DNA from: Octopus bimaculoides | Taxonomy: Eukaryota | Assembly (NCBI RefSeq): GCF_001194135.2 | Contig: NC_068985.1 | Span: 46,306,366 to 46,342,308 of the forward strand | Direction of reading: 5' to 3' | DNA length: 35,943 nucleotides | Shown: positions 22,460-32,989 of the stretch, in pieces | Position numbering within the stretch: the stretch's first letter is position 1 | Layout of the letters: every line of letters starts with the position of its first letter | Notes under the pieces: generated by a model | What the model saw: the letters and a program-made list of their open reading frames with translations, nothing else | What the model was told of the DNA's origin: nothing | Database searches by the model: none | Program-made: the position numbers and the translations under genes

Positions 22460-22652
22460 CCATGCTCTGATTTTGTCTTCTGTGACATCTGTTTTGGTTA
22501 TACTTTGAAGTATACGATGATAATTCTTCATTTTGATCCTTTACTTTGAATCTTCCAAAATCGTATTCTTTCTCCATATAAAGTGCAAGCTTGTGATTTC
22601 TAAATTGCCACAACTTCCAGCTTTGAACATTTTGATGCCCATATGCAGCACT

Positions 22653-22848
22653 TTAACCTTTTAGCATTCAGACTATTCATTATTTTGAATTAATCATGAA
22701 TTATCTTAAAGCTTCAAGATTTTGATGATGTTATAGTATAGTTTTATAATGACATTATAGAGTATGTGTGAGAGGCCAGATCTGGTCAGTTTGAACATAA
22801 AATAGTAAGTTTGGGCCAGATATGGGTGGTATAAATGCTAAAGGTTTG
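22653..22848 (+). mobile_element. TTAA-flanked (piggyBac-like) MITE family E
   Basis: ttaaccttttagcatt ... aatgctaaaggtt; body shared with 30238 and 34790. Confidence 0.7.
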
Positions 22849-23634
22849 ATTAAATATGCTTCTACATAAACATTGTTACCATGGAATTGTTAATTAAAAA
22901 AACATTTTGACAATGCCTCTTCAAGAATTCTATCTCTTGCAACTCTTATATGCTTCCTTGTACCAATGGATAATAATTCTAAATTTGCATCTGTTATTAT
23001 TTCAATGAAAATTAAGTGAATTTGTCCTTTCTTTTATGTATATCTTAAACAGTTTGCTTTTTAACACCATAGTCTTCATAAAACCTCACTACTTCATAAA
23101 GCAGCAGTCTCTAACTTCCTTATAAGTTTCCAGTTTCTAGTTCACAGACAGAATCACATGCTGCTTTTTTCAGTATATTAGTTCACCTTGAAGACATAAT
23201 GTAGAATGCAAGGCTGAAAGATGCATAAGAAACAAAAAAAAAACAAAAAAACAGAGAGAGAGATAGAGAGAGAGAGAGAGATAGATAGATAGATAGAGAG
23301 AGAGAGAGCAATACAACTTGTATTGTGAATGATAGTTATTATCATAGTGCGACCATGCTGAACCTACCAGTCAGCAATTTCATGTAGATGGAATGAATGC
23401 CTTTGTACACTATAGTAATTGTGATGGTTTATCTGTACACTAGTGTAATGTTGGTGGTGTATACATACATTATATCAGTATTGATGGTATCATCTGTATA
23501 AACTGTAGTGTCTTTAAAACCAACTGCTGAAAGCAAGAGATTTCAGTAATTTCAGATCTCAGCAGTGAAGCATATTCACCTCAGTTGGTTTGGCTTAGCA
23601 GTGATCAGTGTGTCTGTCTGTAGATAGATGGATG

Positions 23635-23665
<31 letters not shown>

Positions 23666-23746
23666 AGTGCGCCTGCTGGATACCCCTAAGTTGTTTTTCT
23701 TCATTATTAAGCATCACTATTTTCTCTCTTTCTGTGTGTATGTGTG

Positions 23747-23781
<35 letters not shown>

Positions 23782-24045
23782 NNNNNNNNNNNNNNNNNNN
23801 NNNNNNNNNNNNNNNNNNNNNNNNNNNNNNNNNNNNNNNNNNNNNNNNNNNNNNNNNNNNNNNNNNNTATATATATTGGAAGGTTTGGAGGTGATGTACA
23901 GAAATTATATTATAGAAAAAAATTAAGGTACTCAGAAATCTGGATGTTTGTACATTTACAGATTTTTATTAATGTCACATGTTTTATAAATTAAATAAAG
24001 CGCTTTTCACCTAATCGTGTAGGATTTTCAAATTGTTTTGAGCCC

Positions 24046-24076
<31 letters not shown>

Positions 24077-25168
24077 CTGCTATGACAAACTGGAGCGAAT
24101 ATAATTTGTTGAGATCTAACTAGATTGAAACATCTTTTGCTGTTACCATTTGGCTTTAAAAGCAAAATCAACTCCTTAATGCAGTGTATTTATTTTTAAA
24201 AAAAAAACATGAATTAGTTGATATCATTGGAGTTATCTACCTTGCTTCCTGTTATTCAACCTTAAAGGGAGATTTTGTGTTACAGTTGCAAGGCTAATTT
24301 CAGTTAATTGGGAATTTTTCCAATTCACTGTGTTGTGTTCCTTACGTGTGACTACTACATTTATTTGTGCATATCCTTTTTTCTGTGCCTGTTAAATATC
24401 TCACACTGTATATTTTTTTTATCTCCTGACTTCTCGGCTAATTTGTCTCTTATCTCACTTAAGACCACCACAGAAGTGTGAGATAAGTTCCATACCAATG
24501 ACCACATATTGCATTTACCACAGTTAAATTGATAATGTCAGGCAATCTACACTAGTTATATCGATAATATCAGTGTCCACTAGTTACATTAATCATGCTA
24601 ATGACCCCCACCACAGTCCATTGGTGTGTTGCTGATATTCTTACATACCTCAGCTATTTTCCTGATATCAACACATTCATGCGCCAGACATCTCTTTGCC
24701 TCCATATCTGTCTTTGGTTGTTTTTGTCCTTCTCTATTTCTTATGTATTTATCTGTTTGTGTGATTCTCTTTTGTCTCTTATATGTCTGTTTATCTACTG
24801 TCTTTGTTTATCTAAATAGCAATCTGTCTATCGATATCTATCTGTAGTATTTCAGTATCTTTCTGTGTCTGTCTGTTTCATGTATTTATCTACTTCTCTT
24901 CTTTGTCAGTATGCCTGTCTGTCTCTCTGTGTATGCCTATGCATCAGTCCCATAAACCTATGTTCTTGTGTTTACCATTTTATATTCTTACATGTTTATT
25001 TTTCTCTTTTCTCTCGCCTATTACATGCCTTAAGGTGTTAGAACTGATTGTTCTGACTATAAATCCTATCACTGTGCATGCCATTTGTGGCAAAAATCAA
25101 TGAAACATTGTTCCACTGCTTTCCACTGTCATCATCCTCCCTGTTTTTTTTTTGTTGAAGGCAATAAC

Positions 25169-25209
<41 letters not shown>

Positions 25210-25849
25210 TAGCAACGGCAAGAGATTGTTGCTCTAGCAAAGATTCTTATTCCCTTTGGTTGGTTTTAGGAGAAAATAATGATGCCGAAGGTCCTTATAA
25301 TACAATATGTTCCCTGCCTTAGTGTGGCATCGATGCTGTCTTGGTGATCTTTGGTGGTTGGGTGGCTGGTTGTGGAGATGAGAATGAATTACTAAACTCC
25401 TGCATTTTTTTTTCTTTGTCTATAATTATTTACTGTACATTTTATTGTATTTATTATTGGAATAAGGGAATCTCCTGAAAGATTTTCATTGGTTGCATTG
25501 ACCTTTTTCAGTTTTTCTTCTTTTTACCCTTGTTTTCACGACTTTGCTATTTTCTGGTAACATTATTCTGAATATTTCTTTCCGAAATGGCCATCGTTTT
25601 CTTCACCCTGTATGTAAAGAACGACCAAATGTTGTTCACGTTTTCTATTTTTTATTGCCTTACTGAAGAATTTCCATATTAATGTACCTATAATGTTTCT
25701 TGTGTCTGTGTATGTGTGTGTGTGATAACGTTGTTGAATGTCAGGTGTGTGTTGTTTGTCTGTTGGGATTTGAGTTTGAACTTTCGTCTCTCACTTTGTG
25801 AATATGCGAAGAGAAAGAGAAAAATGATGAAAAGAATGTGAGACGCAAT

Positions 25850-25850
25850 C

Positions 25851-25936
<86 letters not shown>
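25850..25936. repeat. (GA)n microsatellite
   Basis: Direct reading. Confidence 0.95.
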
Positions 25937-25938
<2 letters not shown>

Positions 25939-26364
25939 GGTGAAATAAAGAAACTGAAAGAAAAAATATTTGACAAAATAGCCATGTAGTGTTCTGTATA
26001 ATATTTATAAGCAAAAATATTGAAAATAGTGGTGTTCATACATTCATATAAACAAGGTCTATGCCAGCGAAAGAAACCATTAACAAATGAATATGTATGT
26101 AATATTGCATGTTTCATAATTTTTATGTCCATTTTGACAGTATTCTATGGTTGGATACTTTTCCTGTTGCCAACTCTTGTTTTTCAAGTATGGTTTTCTT
26201 ATTCTGCTGGTCTTTCACATCATGTTCAAAACTGCTGAACTGCAGGATGTAGTTTTTGCAGGTGACATAAACACATTAACTGTCACACAAACAGTGACAT
26301 GCAGAAATAAACATCTTTGCATGCTTAAATGCACATAGATGCACGTGTGTGTGTGTGTGTGTGT

Positions 26365-26545
26365 GAGGGACTTCTGCAAAGTTCCTGGCTTACAGGGTAT
26401 CGCAAAAGATCTGGTTGACAGCCCAACCTTCCAAGTTCTTTTACAAGGCTTAGAAAAGCTGAAAGACCACTACAATAACAGTGTCAATTGGAGAGGGGAA
26501 TATGTTGAATAAAATCATTATTAACCGATCTGCCTGTATTTTAGC
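26365..26545 (+). mobile_element. Internally deleted mariner derivative retaining the transposase C-terminus
   Basis: 26423-26512 translates PTFQVLLQGLEKLKDHYNNSVNWRGEYVE*, matching the mariner C-terminal pattern G+.KL..RW.KC+...G+Y+E*; TIR-like start gagggacttctgcaaagttcc. Confidence 0.65.
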
Positions 26546-27196
26546 ACATCTTCAAATATACATGCATATATGTATGTGTGTGTATACACACATGTAATTG
26601 TGTCTCTATTTATATAATACAAGCTTCTGTCATTGCTGTCTGCCAGTTTCCAAGTTTCACTCATACGACATAGATTTATGGCATATACCTTTTGTTTGTG
26701 GTAATGTGTTGAACCTATGTCTGTGTGGAAAAAGGACAAATGATGATGGTGATGGTGATGAAGAAGTAGTAGTAATAGTAGTGGTTGTAGCATCTCCATT
26801 ATTTTAAATACATGACCCAGAGAAAAAAGTCTAAATACACTATGAGAGTCTGCCTAAACACATGATTCTGGCTGAAATATAGCCACACTAAGCACTTCAT
26901 GGATTGCTTTCTAAATGAAATGTAGCCAATATGTGGATAAAATAGGAGTTTAATATATATAACTTCTCCATGTTTAGTATGTAATACCCAGCATTTGTGA
27001 CAGACTTTATATAAGAAAGAAGCAGAAACTGGATAGGCTCTGAAAACTAGTATTGACAAAAAATAGGAAGCGTTTTCCAAAGGAGAAGCCAATGACTGAA
27101 TTACATCTGATATAAAAATGGTCATCAAATATCTTTATGGTCAGAATTTTTTACTTGTGGGAACTAAAGGTGGTAGACATAATCCATTGCCCAGGT

Positions 27197-27520
27197 CAGG
27201 GGTTCTCAACCATTTTCTTTTTTTTTTTTTTATCTGTGGACCCTTTTGATTTCTATTTTATTCTGATGCCCCCCCCCCCCTAACAGTTTGATGCTTTAAA
27301 AATCCTATGATATTTTTATAATTAAAAATTAGGAATTGTATAGAAAATTGGCTCTTCAGACCTCAGTCAAACTGTCCAACCCATGCCAGCATAGAAAACG
27401 GATGTTAGACGATGATGATGATTTTGTGTATTGTAGAAGTATAACTAAACACAAACTTTAACAACAAAATCTTACGTGGGTCTCCAAGGGCCATATATGG
27501 ACCCTGGTTGAGAATCACTG
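27197..27520 (-). mobile_element. hAT (Charlie-like) MITE, same family as 17772-18027, carrying a family A tail
   Basis: TIRs CAGGGGTTCTCAAC / GTTGAGAATCACTG; flanks GCCCAGGT / GCCTAGAT (6 of 8); body aligns to the reverse complement of 17772-18027. Confidence 0.85.
27343..27420 (+). mobile_element. 5'-truncated family A tail inserted in the MITE
   Basis: cagtcaaactgtccaacccatgccagcatagaaaacggatgttagacgatgatgatg. Confidence 0.85.
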
Positions 27521-27769
27521 GCCTAGATTAACATCTCTACCATCTGGCATTTTGGGTGTCTTTAGCAAGTGCTCTTTGTTGCTAGTGTTCAAGTGAAGTC
27601 TTTGGTTTGAGTACAGCAAAAGCAATTGGTCTCAAGCAGGCTGCAGCAAGACAACTGCAAAGCTTTGTATTTGTTTGCCTCCTTAGCTCTTCATTTCCTC
27701 TCATCTTAATCAGAACATGGTTGAGGTATGACAGTCACCTCGAGTGTGGCAATTCCCACAATGCCTAGG

Positions 27770-27813
27770 CATGTTTGAGTATCTGTGCTGCAAGGCACAG
27801 ATACTCAAACATG
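27770..27813 (+). other. Perfect 19-bp inverted repeat (hairpin) with TGCAAG loop; candidate small-RNA precursor
   Basis: CATGTTTGAGTATCTGTGC (27770-27788) is the exact reverse complement of GCACAGATACTCAAACATG (27795-27813); hairpin certain, function unknown. Confidence 0.9.
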
Positions 27814-27871
27814 ACTGGTGCCAAACTGTGAGTGCATCTGCATGTTATTCCACTGCTTAGTCACTCTATTA

Positions 27872-28257
27872 GTGAAGGTGCAATGGCTCAGTGGTTAGGG
27901 CAGCGGACTCGCGGTCATAGGATCACAGTTTCGATTCCCAGACCGGGCGTTGTGAGTGTTTATTGAGCGAAAACACCTAAAGCTCCACGAGGCTCCGACA
28001 GGGGGTGGTGGCGAACCCTGCTGTACTCTTTCACCACAACTTTCTCTCACTCTTACTTCCTGTTTCTGTTGTGCCTGTAATTCAAAGGGCCAGCCTTGTC
28101 ACGCTGAATATCCCTGAGAACTACATTAAGGGTACACGTGTCTGTGGATTGCTCAGCCACTTGCACGTAAATTTCACAAGCAGGCTGTTCCGTTGATCGG
28201 ATCAACTGGAACCCTCGACGTCGTAAGTGACGGAGTGCCAACAACAACAACAACAAC
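27872..28257 (+). mobile_element. tRNA-headed SINE family D, full length, young
   Basis: A box TGGCTCAGTGGTTA, B box GTTTCGATTCC, (CAA)n tail, perfect 13-bp TSD AGTCACTCTATTA (27859-27871 / 28258-28270). Confidence 0.95.
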
Positions 28258-28389
28258 AGTCACTCTATTAATTGAAGAGTTGTATACTCTTTGAGAAATA
28301 ATTCTATGCTCCTCATGATTTGTTAAAAGCCAGTTCCTATGTGTGCTGAGCATTTAGTGTGTTCTTATCATAAAGATGGGTCTAATCTC

Positions 28390-28433
28390 TGCCATCATAG
28401 AAAATGGACATTAAGGATGATGATGATGATGAT
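28390..28433 (+). mobile_element. Short family A tail remnant
   Basis: gccatcatagaaaatggacattaaggatgatgatgat. Confidence 0.55.
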
Positions 28434-29134
28434 CCTAAGATGTCATTAAGGTAGACCGTTATAAATTCCACAACTATACTGAGGTATGTGCTAATTTTCC
28501 TAACCACTGCTTTACCTCCATGGTGAATTTGTTATTCACTTCAATGATTCTTTGTAGCTTTATATTTAAACACATACATGAACATATGTGATACAGTGGT
28601 ATATAAAGGTAACACATTTCCATCTACATTGATTAACATAATTTTGGACAGATTCTATAGGGAAATGTTTTCTATAAATATTGAAATCTGTGTTTGTGAC
28701 CAGGTCTTTGTTTAGTTATATGGGTGTGCTTTAAGTTATGCATACGGTTGAATAAATGTATGAATGACTTGACTTTTGCCATAACCTTTAGAGGTGATTA
28801 AGTGTAGTTCTCTTTGAAGTTCTATCTATTACTGGTACAAATGAGCTGAACTTATTTTACCACTTCACTGCCAGGTCAGATGATCAGAGCACCTGGCTAG
28901 TACTTAGACAGTTAATCCTCACAGTACCTAACCAACCTCAACATTGCTTTACTCCATTAAACTCACAGGAACTGGAGTGTTTCATGATGGTTCATTGACT
29001 ATAATCAGCAGTCTTTGAATAAATTTCATTATGAAGACAGTTGATATTGCCAACAACATCAACAATTGCAATAATAATAATTTTTTTTACAAATACTTGA
29101 TAACTCAGACATATTAGTGAATATGAAATTGTAA

Positions 29135-29212
29135 ACGTGCAGGAGTGGCTGTGTGGTAAGTAACTTGCTTACCAGCCACATGGTTCTGGGTTTAGTCCCA
29201 CTGCATGGACTG
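29135..29212 (+). mobile_element. SINE family C head only (tRNA-like region)
   Basis: gtgcaggagtggctgtgtggtaagtaacttgcttaccagccacatggttctgggtttagtcccactgc. Confidence 0.8.
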
Positions 29213-30237
29213 TTAGCCTGAAGTGTACTTAGCACCCATATGGTTCTGGATTTGATCTCTCTGCACAGTACTTTAGTTTATTAAAATAATACCAGTTCTT
29301 ATTTTATTTTTCAACTCTGGAAGCTTTAAAGACCTCAGTGAGATTTGAACACTGTTGTTGGGATCCATAACTAAATATCACATGATGATGATTATAATTC
29401 CTTCTTTTATAATTATTTATTTATTATAATAATAGCTGTTCATATTATTACTATCATCATCATCATCATCATCATCATCAGTAGCAGTAGCATTTTATTT
29501 GGACAAAGATATTTTTCTTCAGATCTTCTTACAAATATTTATACATTTTGAAAACCTATTCACTATAGGGTAGCCGAACCTCCCTACTATGCTTATATGA
29601 GAAATCTGACATGACATTGAAGGATTATGGAAATTTATGATAATTTGTGACTGGTAAATTAGCATTAATAACATTTTTTTTTTCTTTTCATAGATATTGC
29701 TGCAGAGAAAGTTCATCTTTATGTCTAAGAGTTAAAAGTTGAACTGGAGAGAGGTACTAGATTTAAAAATTTGGGCATTTATATTTCCATTACAATAGGG
29801 TGAAAGAAGTTGTGTACTGAATAAGCACTTGGAAAAAGATTGAACACGAATGCTTCAATGGAACATTGTCGAGATTGCTTTTTTATTTGTTCCTGAGATG
29901 GATTCTAAGTACATTTTACTGTGATTGTGTGTATGTGCACAGGCATATTCTTACCTGTATGCATGTCATTGCATGTGTATATTTATATATATATATATAT
30001 ATATATATNNNNNNNNNNGAGAGAGAGAGAGAGAGAACTAGAGCATAAACTGAAAACTTCTTAACGATACAAATACATAGAGGTGGCTTATAAGCAAGTA
30101 AATGTCTTCTTCGGTAGCCTTTGGTTGATTATCATCTTGTTGACTAACATCTTGTTGACTAACATCTTGTAGAAGAATATAGTAGATGGAAACTAGGCAG
30201 AAGACTATCAATAAGATCATTCATAAAATAAATTTGT

Positions 30238-30476
30238 TTAACCCTTTAGCATTCAGATTACTTTGTCAGATGCAAATGCTAGCATTCAGATTACTTTGTC
30301 AGATGCAAATGCTTATTTATTTATATTTTTAAAATTAATAATATATTAGTTTGTAGCTTCAAGATTTCAAAGATGTGATTGTTTAACTTTTAGGATGATA
30401 TTACAGGGTAAGTGTGAGATACTTGATCTGACCAGTTTGAACATAAAACAGGCTGCTTTAAATGTTAAAGGATTAA
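30238..30476 (+). mobile_element. TTAA-flanked MITE family E with internal 33-bp tandem duplication
   Basis: TTAACCCTTTAGCATT / AATGTTAAAGGATTAA (14 of 16); tagcattcagattactttgtcagatgcaaatgc twice (30247-30312). Confidence 0.8.
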
Positions 30477-30829
30477 AGTGGCTGAAAAGTCTGATAGCTT
30501 ATCTTACATAGGTGTCCTAATTAATATTGGAGGTGGGTACTTTGAAAGTGTATTAATTAGTGTAAGAATGGAATGGAAGATGTTTAGGGAGCTATCATGT
30601 CTATTTGCTACAAAGAGTTTCTTTCTCTAAGTGAAGGGTGGATTGTGTGGTGCTCCTGTGTATAAATTAATTTATATTTGTCGAATTGCAGTTAGAAATA
30701 AGTAGTGGAGTTGATATGGTTTGACAAAACTCACAAAACTTCTTAAAAGTGATGCTCCTGCAAGACCACAGTTCAATCACTGAAAGCAGTAAATGAATTT
30801 TAAAATTTATTTTGCAATAGGTACACACA

Positions 30830-31205
30830 TAGCTGTGCTTTCCAACCATATAGTTTCAGGTTCAATCTCACTGCATGGCACCTTGGGTTCTATTATAACC
30901 TCAGACTAACCAAAGCCTTGTGAGTGGATTTGGTAGACGGAAACTGAAAGAAGCCCATTGCATATATGTGTGTGTGCATGCGTGTGGGCATGTGTCTTTG
31001 TGTCTGTTTTTCTCCCTCATCACTGCTTCACAACCAGTGTTGGTGTGTTTACATCCCTGTAACTTAGTGGTTCAGCAAAGAGACGAATAGAATAAGTACT
31101 AGACTTAAAGAATAAATTCTGGGGGTTGATTTGTTCGACTAAAAATTCAAGGCGGTGCTCCAGCATGGCCACAGTCAAATGACTGAAACAAGCAAAAGAA
31201 TAAAA
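30830..31205 (+). mobile_element. SINE family C, near full length, diverged head
   Basis: ccaaagccttgtgagtggatttggtagacggaaactgaaagaagccc ... gcggtgctccagcatggccacagtcaaatgactg. Confidence 0.85.
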
Positions 31206-31265
31206 TTAGAGTACAGCTAACAAACCTTTTTCACTGCAGCCAATATATTCTTGCAAACTTTGAAT

Positions 31266-31267
<2 letters not shown>

Positions 31268-31309
<42 letters not shown>

Positions 31310-31351
31310 TATTCATTTTTACATTTGCCTTTCATGCTGGTATGCGTTGGT
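31268..31351 (-). mobile_element. Family A tail with expanded (CAT)n
   Basis: (cat)n followed by ttcatgctggtatgcgttgg, the reverse complement of a decayed ccaacccatgccagcatg. Confidence 0.6.
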
Positions 31352-32189
31352 CAGTATTCCATAAAGTTCTGTCTGTTAGGTAATATTTCTGTTATTGGTA
31401 TTAAGCTCTCTTTCTCTCTCTTCTGTTTCTTCTTCTGCTACAAGATGTACCTTTGTTCCTCAGAAGTTGCTAAGGTTGGCACACTGCATAATAAAAGTCA
31501 CTAATTGTAATTACTATTCATATCCCAATTTATATCACTTTCTACACTTCAAACCACAATTGCATTTCTATGTAATCTCATGTCAATTTTTTCAGATGTG
31601 TGTTGAGTTCATCCACTAATTGAAAATGTAGGTAAGCTTTAAAAAAAATACTGTGGGTTGGTTCTTTCTTCCAATGAAAATCAAATGGAAGAAAATAGTA
31701 ACTAAACTAATTTAATAGGAGTTTTAGAAAGATTGGACTGAACTGCTGCTCAGATAGGTTTGGGATTTTGCTACAATGTAGCTTAGCTGTCATATTTTGA
31801 GAACCAAGAAAAATAGAAGTAGCATGTTAATTATGATAAGTGTTTGAGGGACCACAATCAGTTATATCTGTGTATTGATTGTTAGTCTCCATAATCTGGA
31901 TTGGGCAGTAACGAATCAATTTCTTTGGATTACATTTCAGAGATTATAATCTTCTACTTCTTTGGTCAGGAGTGTTCACACAGATATTTCAGCTGTTTTT
32001 TTTTCTTTTTTTTTTTCCAGAAGTCTGTTTTCACTTAAGTTAATGATTTGAGATAGTTGTAGATGGGTGGGCATGGGAAAACTCAGCTACAATGAAACTG
32101 ACAGTAACAACTACAGCAATACAACTACATTGTGTTACTTAATCTTGCACCATTAATTAAATATTCTGATGTTGTATAACACTAGATAT

Positions 32190-32525
32190 CATATGATATC
32201 TGGTTTGCTGAATGTATAGATTAATTCCAGCTCAGACAATATCAGTCCAAATATGATACTGTACAGCATGGAATTTACCAAACAATATAGTGCCATCCAG
32301 TTGAATTTATGTGCTATCTGGTGTTCTGAACATATGGGTTAATCCTAGCTCAGACTGACACACTAACTGCCAAACACTTCTGTACTTTCAGCATGAAGTC
32401 TGTCAAACAATATGGGACCACCTAATTCATGTGTTATCTGATGTGCTGAACAAATGAATTATAATTCTAGCTCAGAGTGACATACTAACCTCTAAACAAA
32501 ACTGTATAGCATGGAATCTAGCAAA
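32190..32525. repeat. Degenerate ~120-bp tandem repeat, about 3 units
   Basis: Anchors tatctg-t---ctgaa (~32197, 32315, 32435), agctcaga (~32229, 32347, 32469) and agcatg(g/a)a (~32265, 32390, 32508). Confidence 0.8.
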
Positions 32526-32644
32526 CCATGTGTTTACCAAACTTATGCATAGTAAATTTGATATATGATGGCTGTTTAGCTAGTGGAAGTATTGAGCTAG
32601 TGATGTATTGTTCTTAAATGTTTGGATTAGATACCTTCATGCTA

Positions 32645-32860
32645 CTAGAGGGACATGGCTTCGTGGTTAGGGTGTTATATTGTAAGGTTGTGGTTTTGAT
32701 TCCTGTGTTCTTGAGCAAAGCACATCATTTCATGTTGCTCCAATTCACTCAGATGACAAAAACGAGTAATCCTGTGATAGACAGGTATCCCATCCAGGAG
32801 GGAAATATATACACTGCATAATCTGTTAAACTGGCCTTATGAGCCTATGGTTCAGAAAGG
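32645..32860 (+). mobile_element. Degenerate tRNA-headed SINE
   Basis: catggcttcgtggttagggtg...ggttttgattcctg...ttgagcaaagcac...cactcagatgacaaaaacgagta...cctgtgatagacaggtatcccatccagg. Confidence 0.55.
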
Positions 32861-32989
32861 ATCTTTTGATCCTTTTGATAGGTTTACTGCTAGGATAGCT
32901 ACCTACTTCCATATAGGAAAGCATTAGGCTGAAGGTTTTTACTGGAGATCTGACTGATGTTACACAAGCACATTAGGGGTACTATATGT

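Noticed and set aside
26799-27128. 109-aa minus-strand ORF
   Set aside because: No domain, composition typical of AT-rich non-coding DNA, and no clear splice signals.
27491-27500. Second CArG box CCATATATGG
   Set aside because: It lies inside the hAT MITE end and is absent from the sister copy; no evidence of function.
14712-29212. tRNA-like sequences at ~15050-15133, ~21330-21397, 27872-27945 and 29135-29212 as tRNA genes
   Set aside because: They continue into SINE bodies (some with tails and TSDs) and lack a complete acceptor stem; they are SINE heads.
32856-32875. AAAGGATC-TTTT-GATCCTTT hairpin resembling a terminator
   Set aside because: An 8-bp AT-rich stem at a SINE end is expected by chance, and rho-independent terminators do not apply to a eukaryote.
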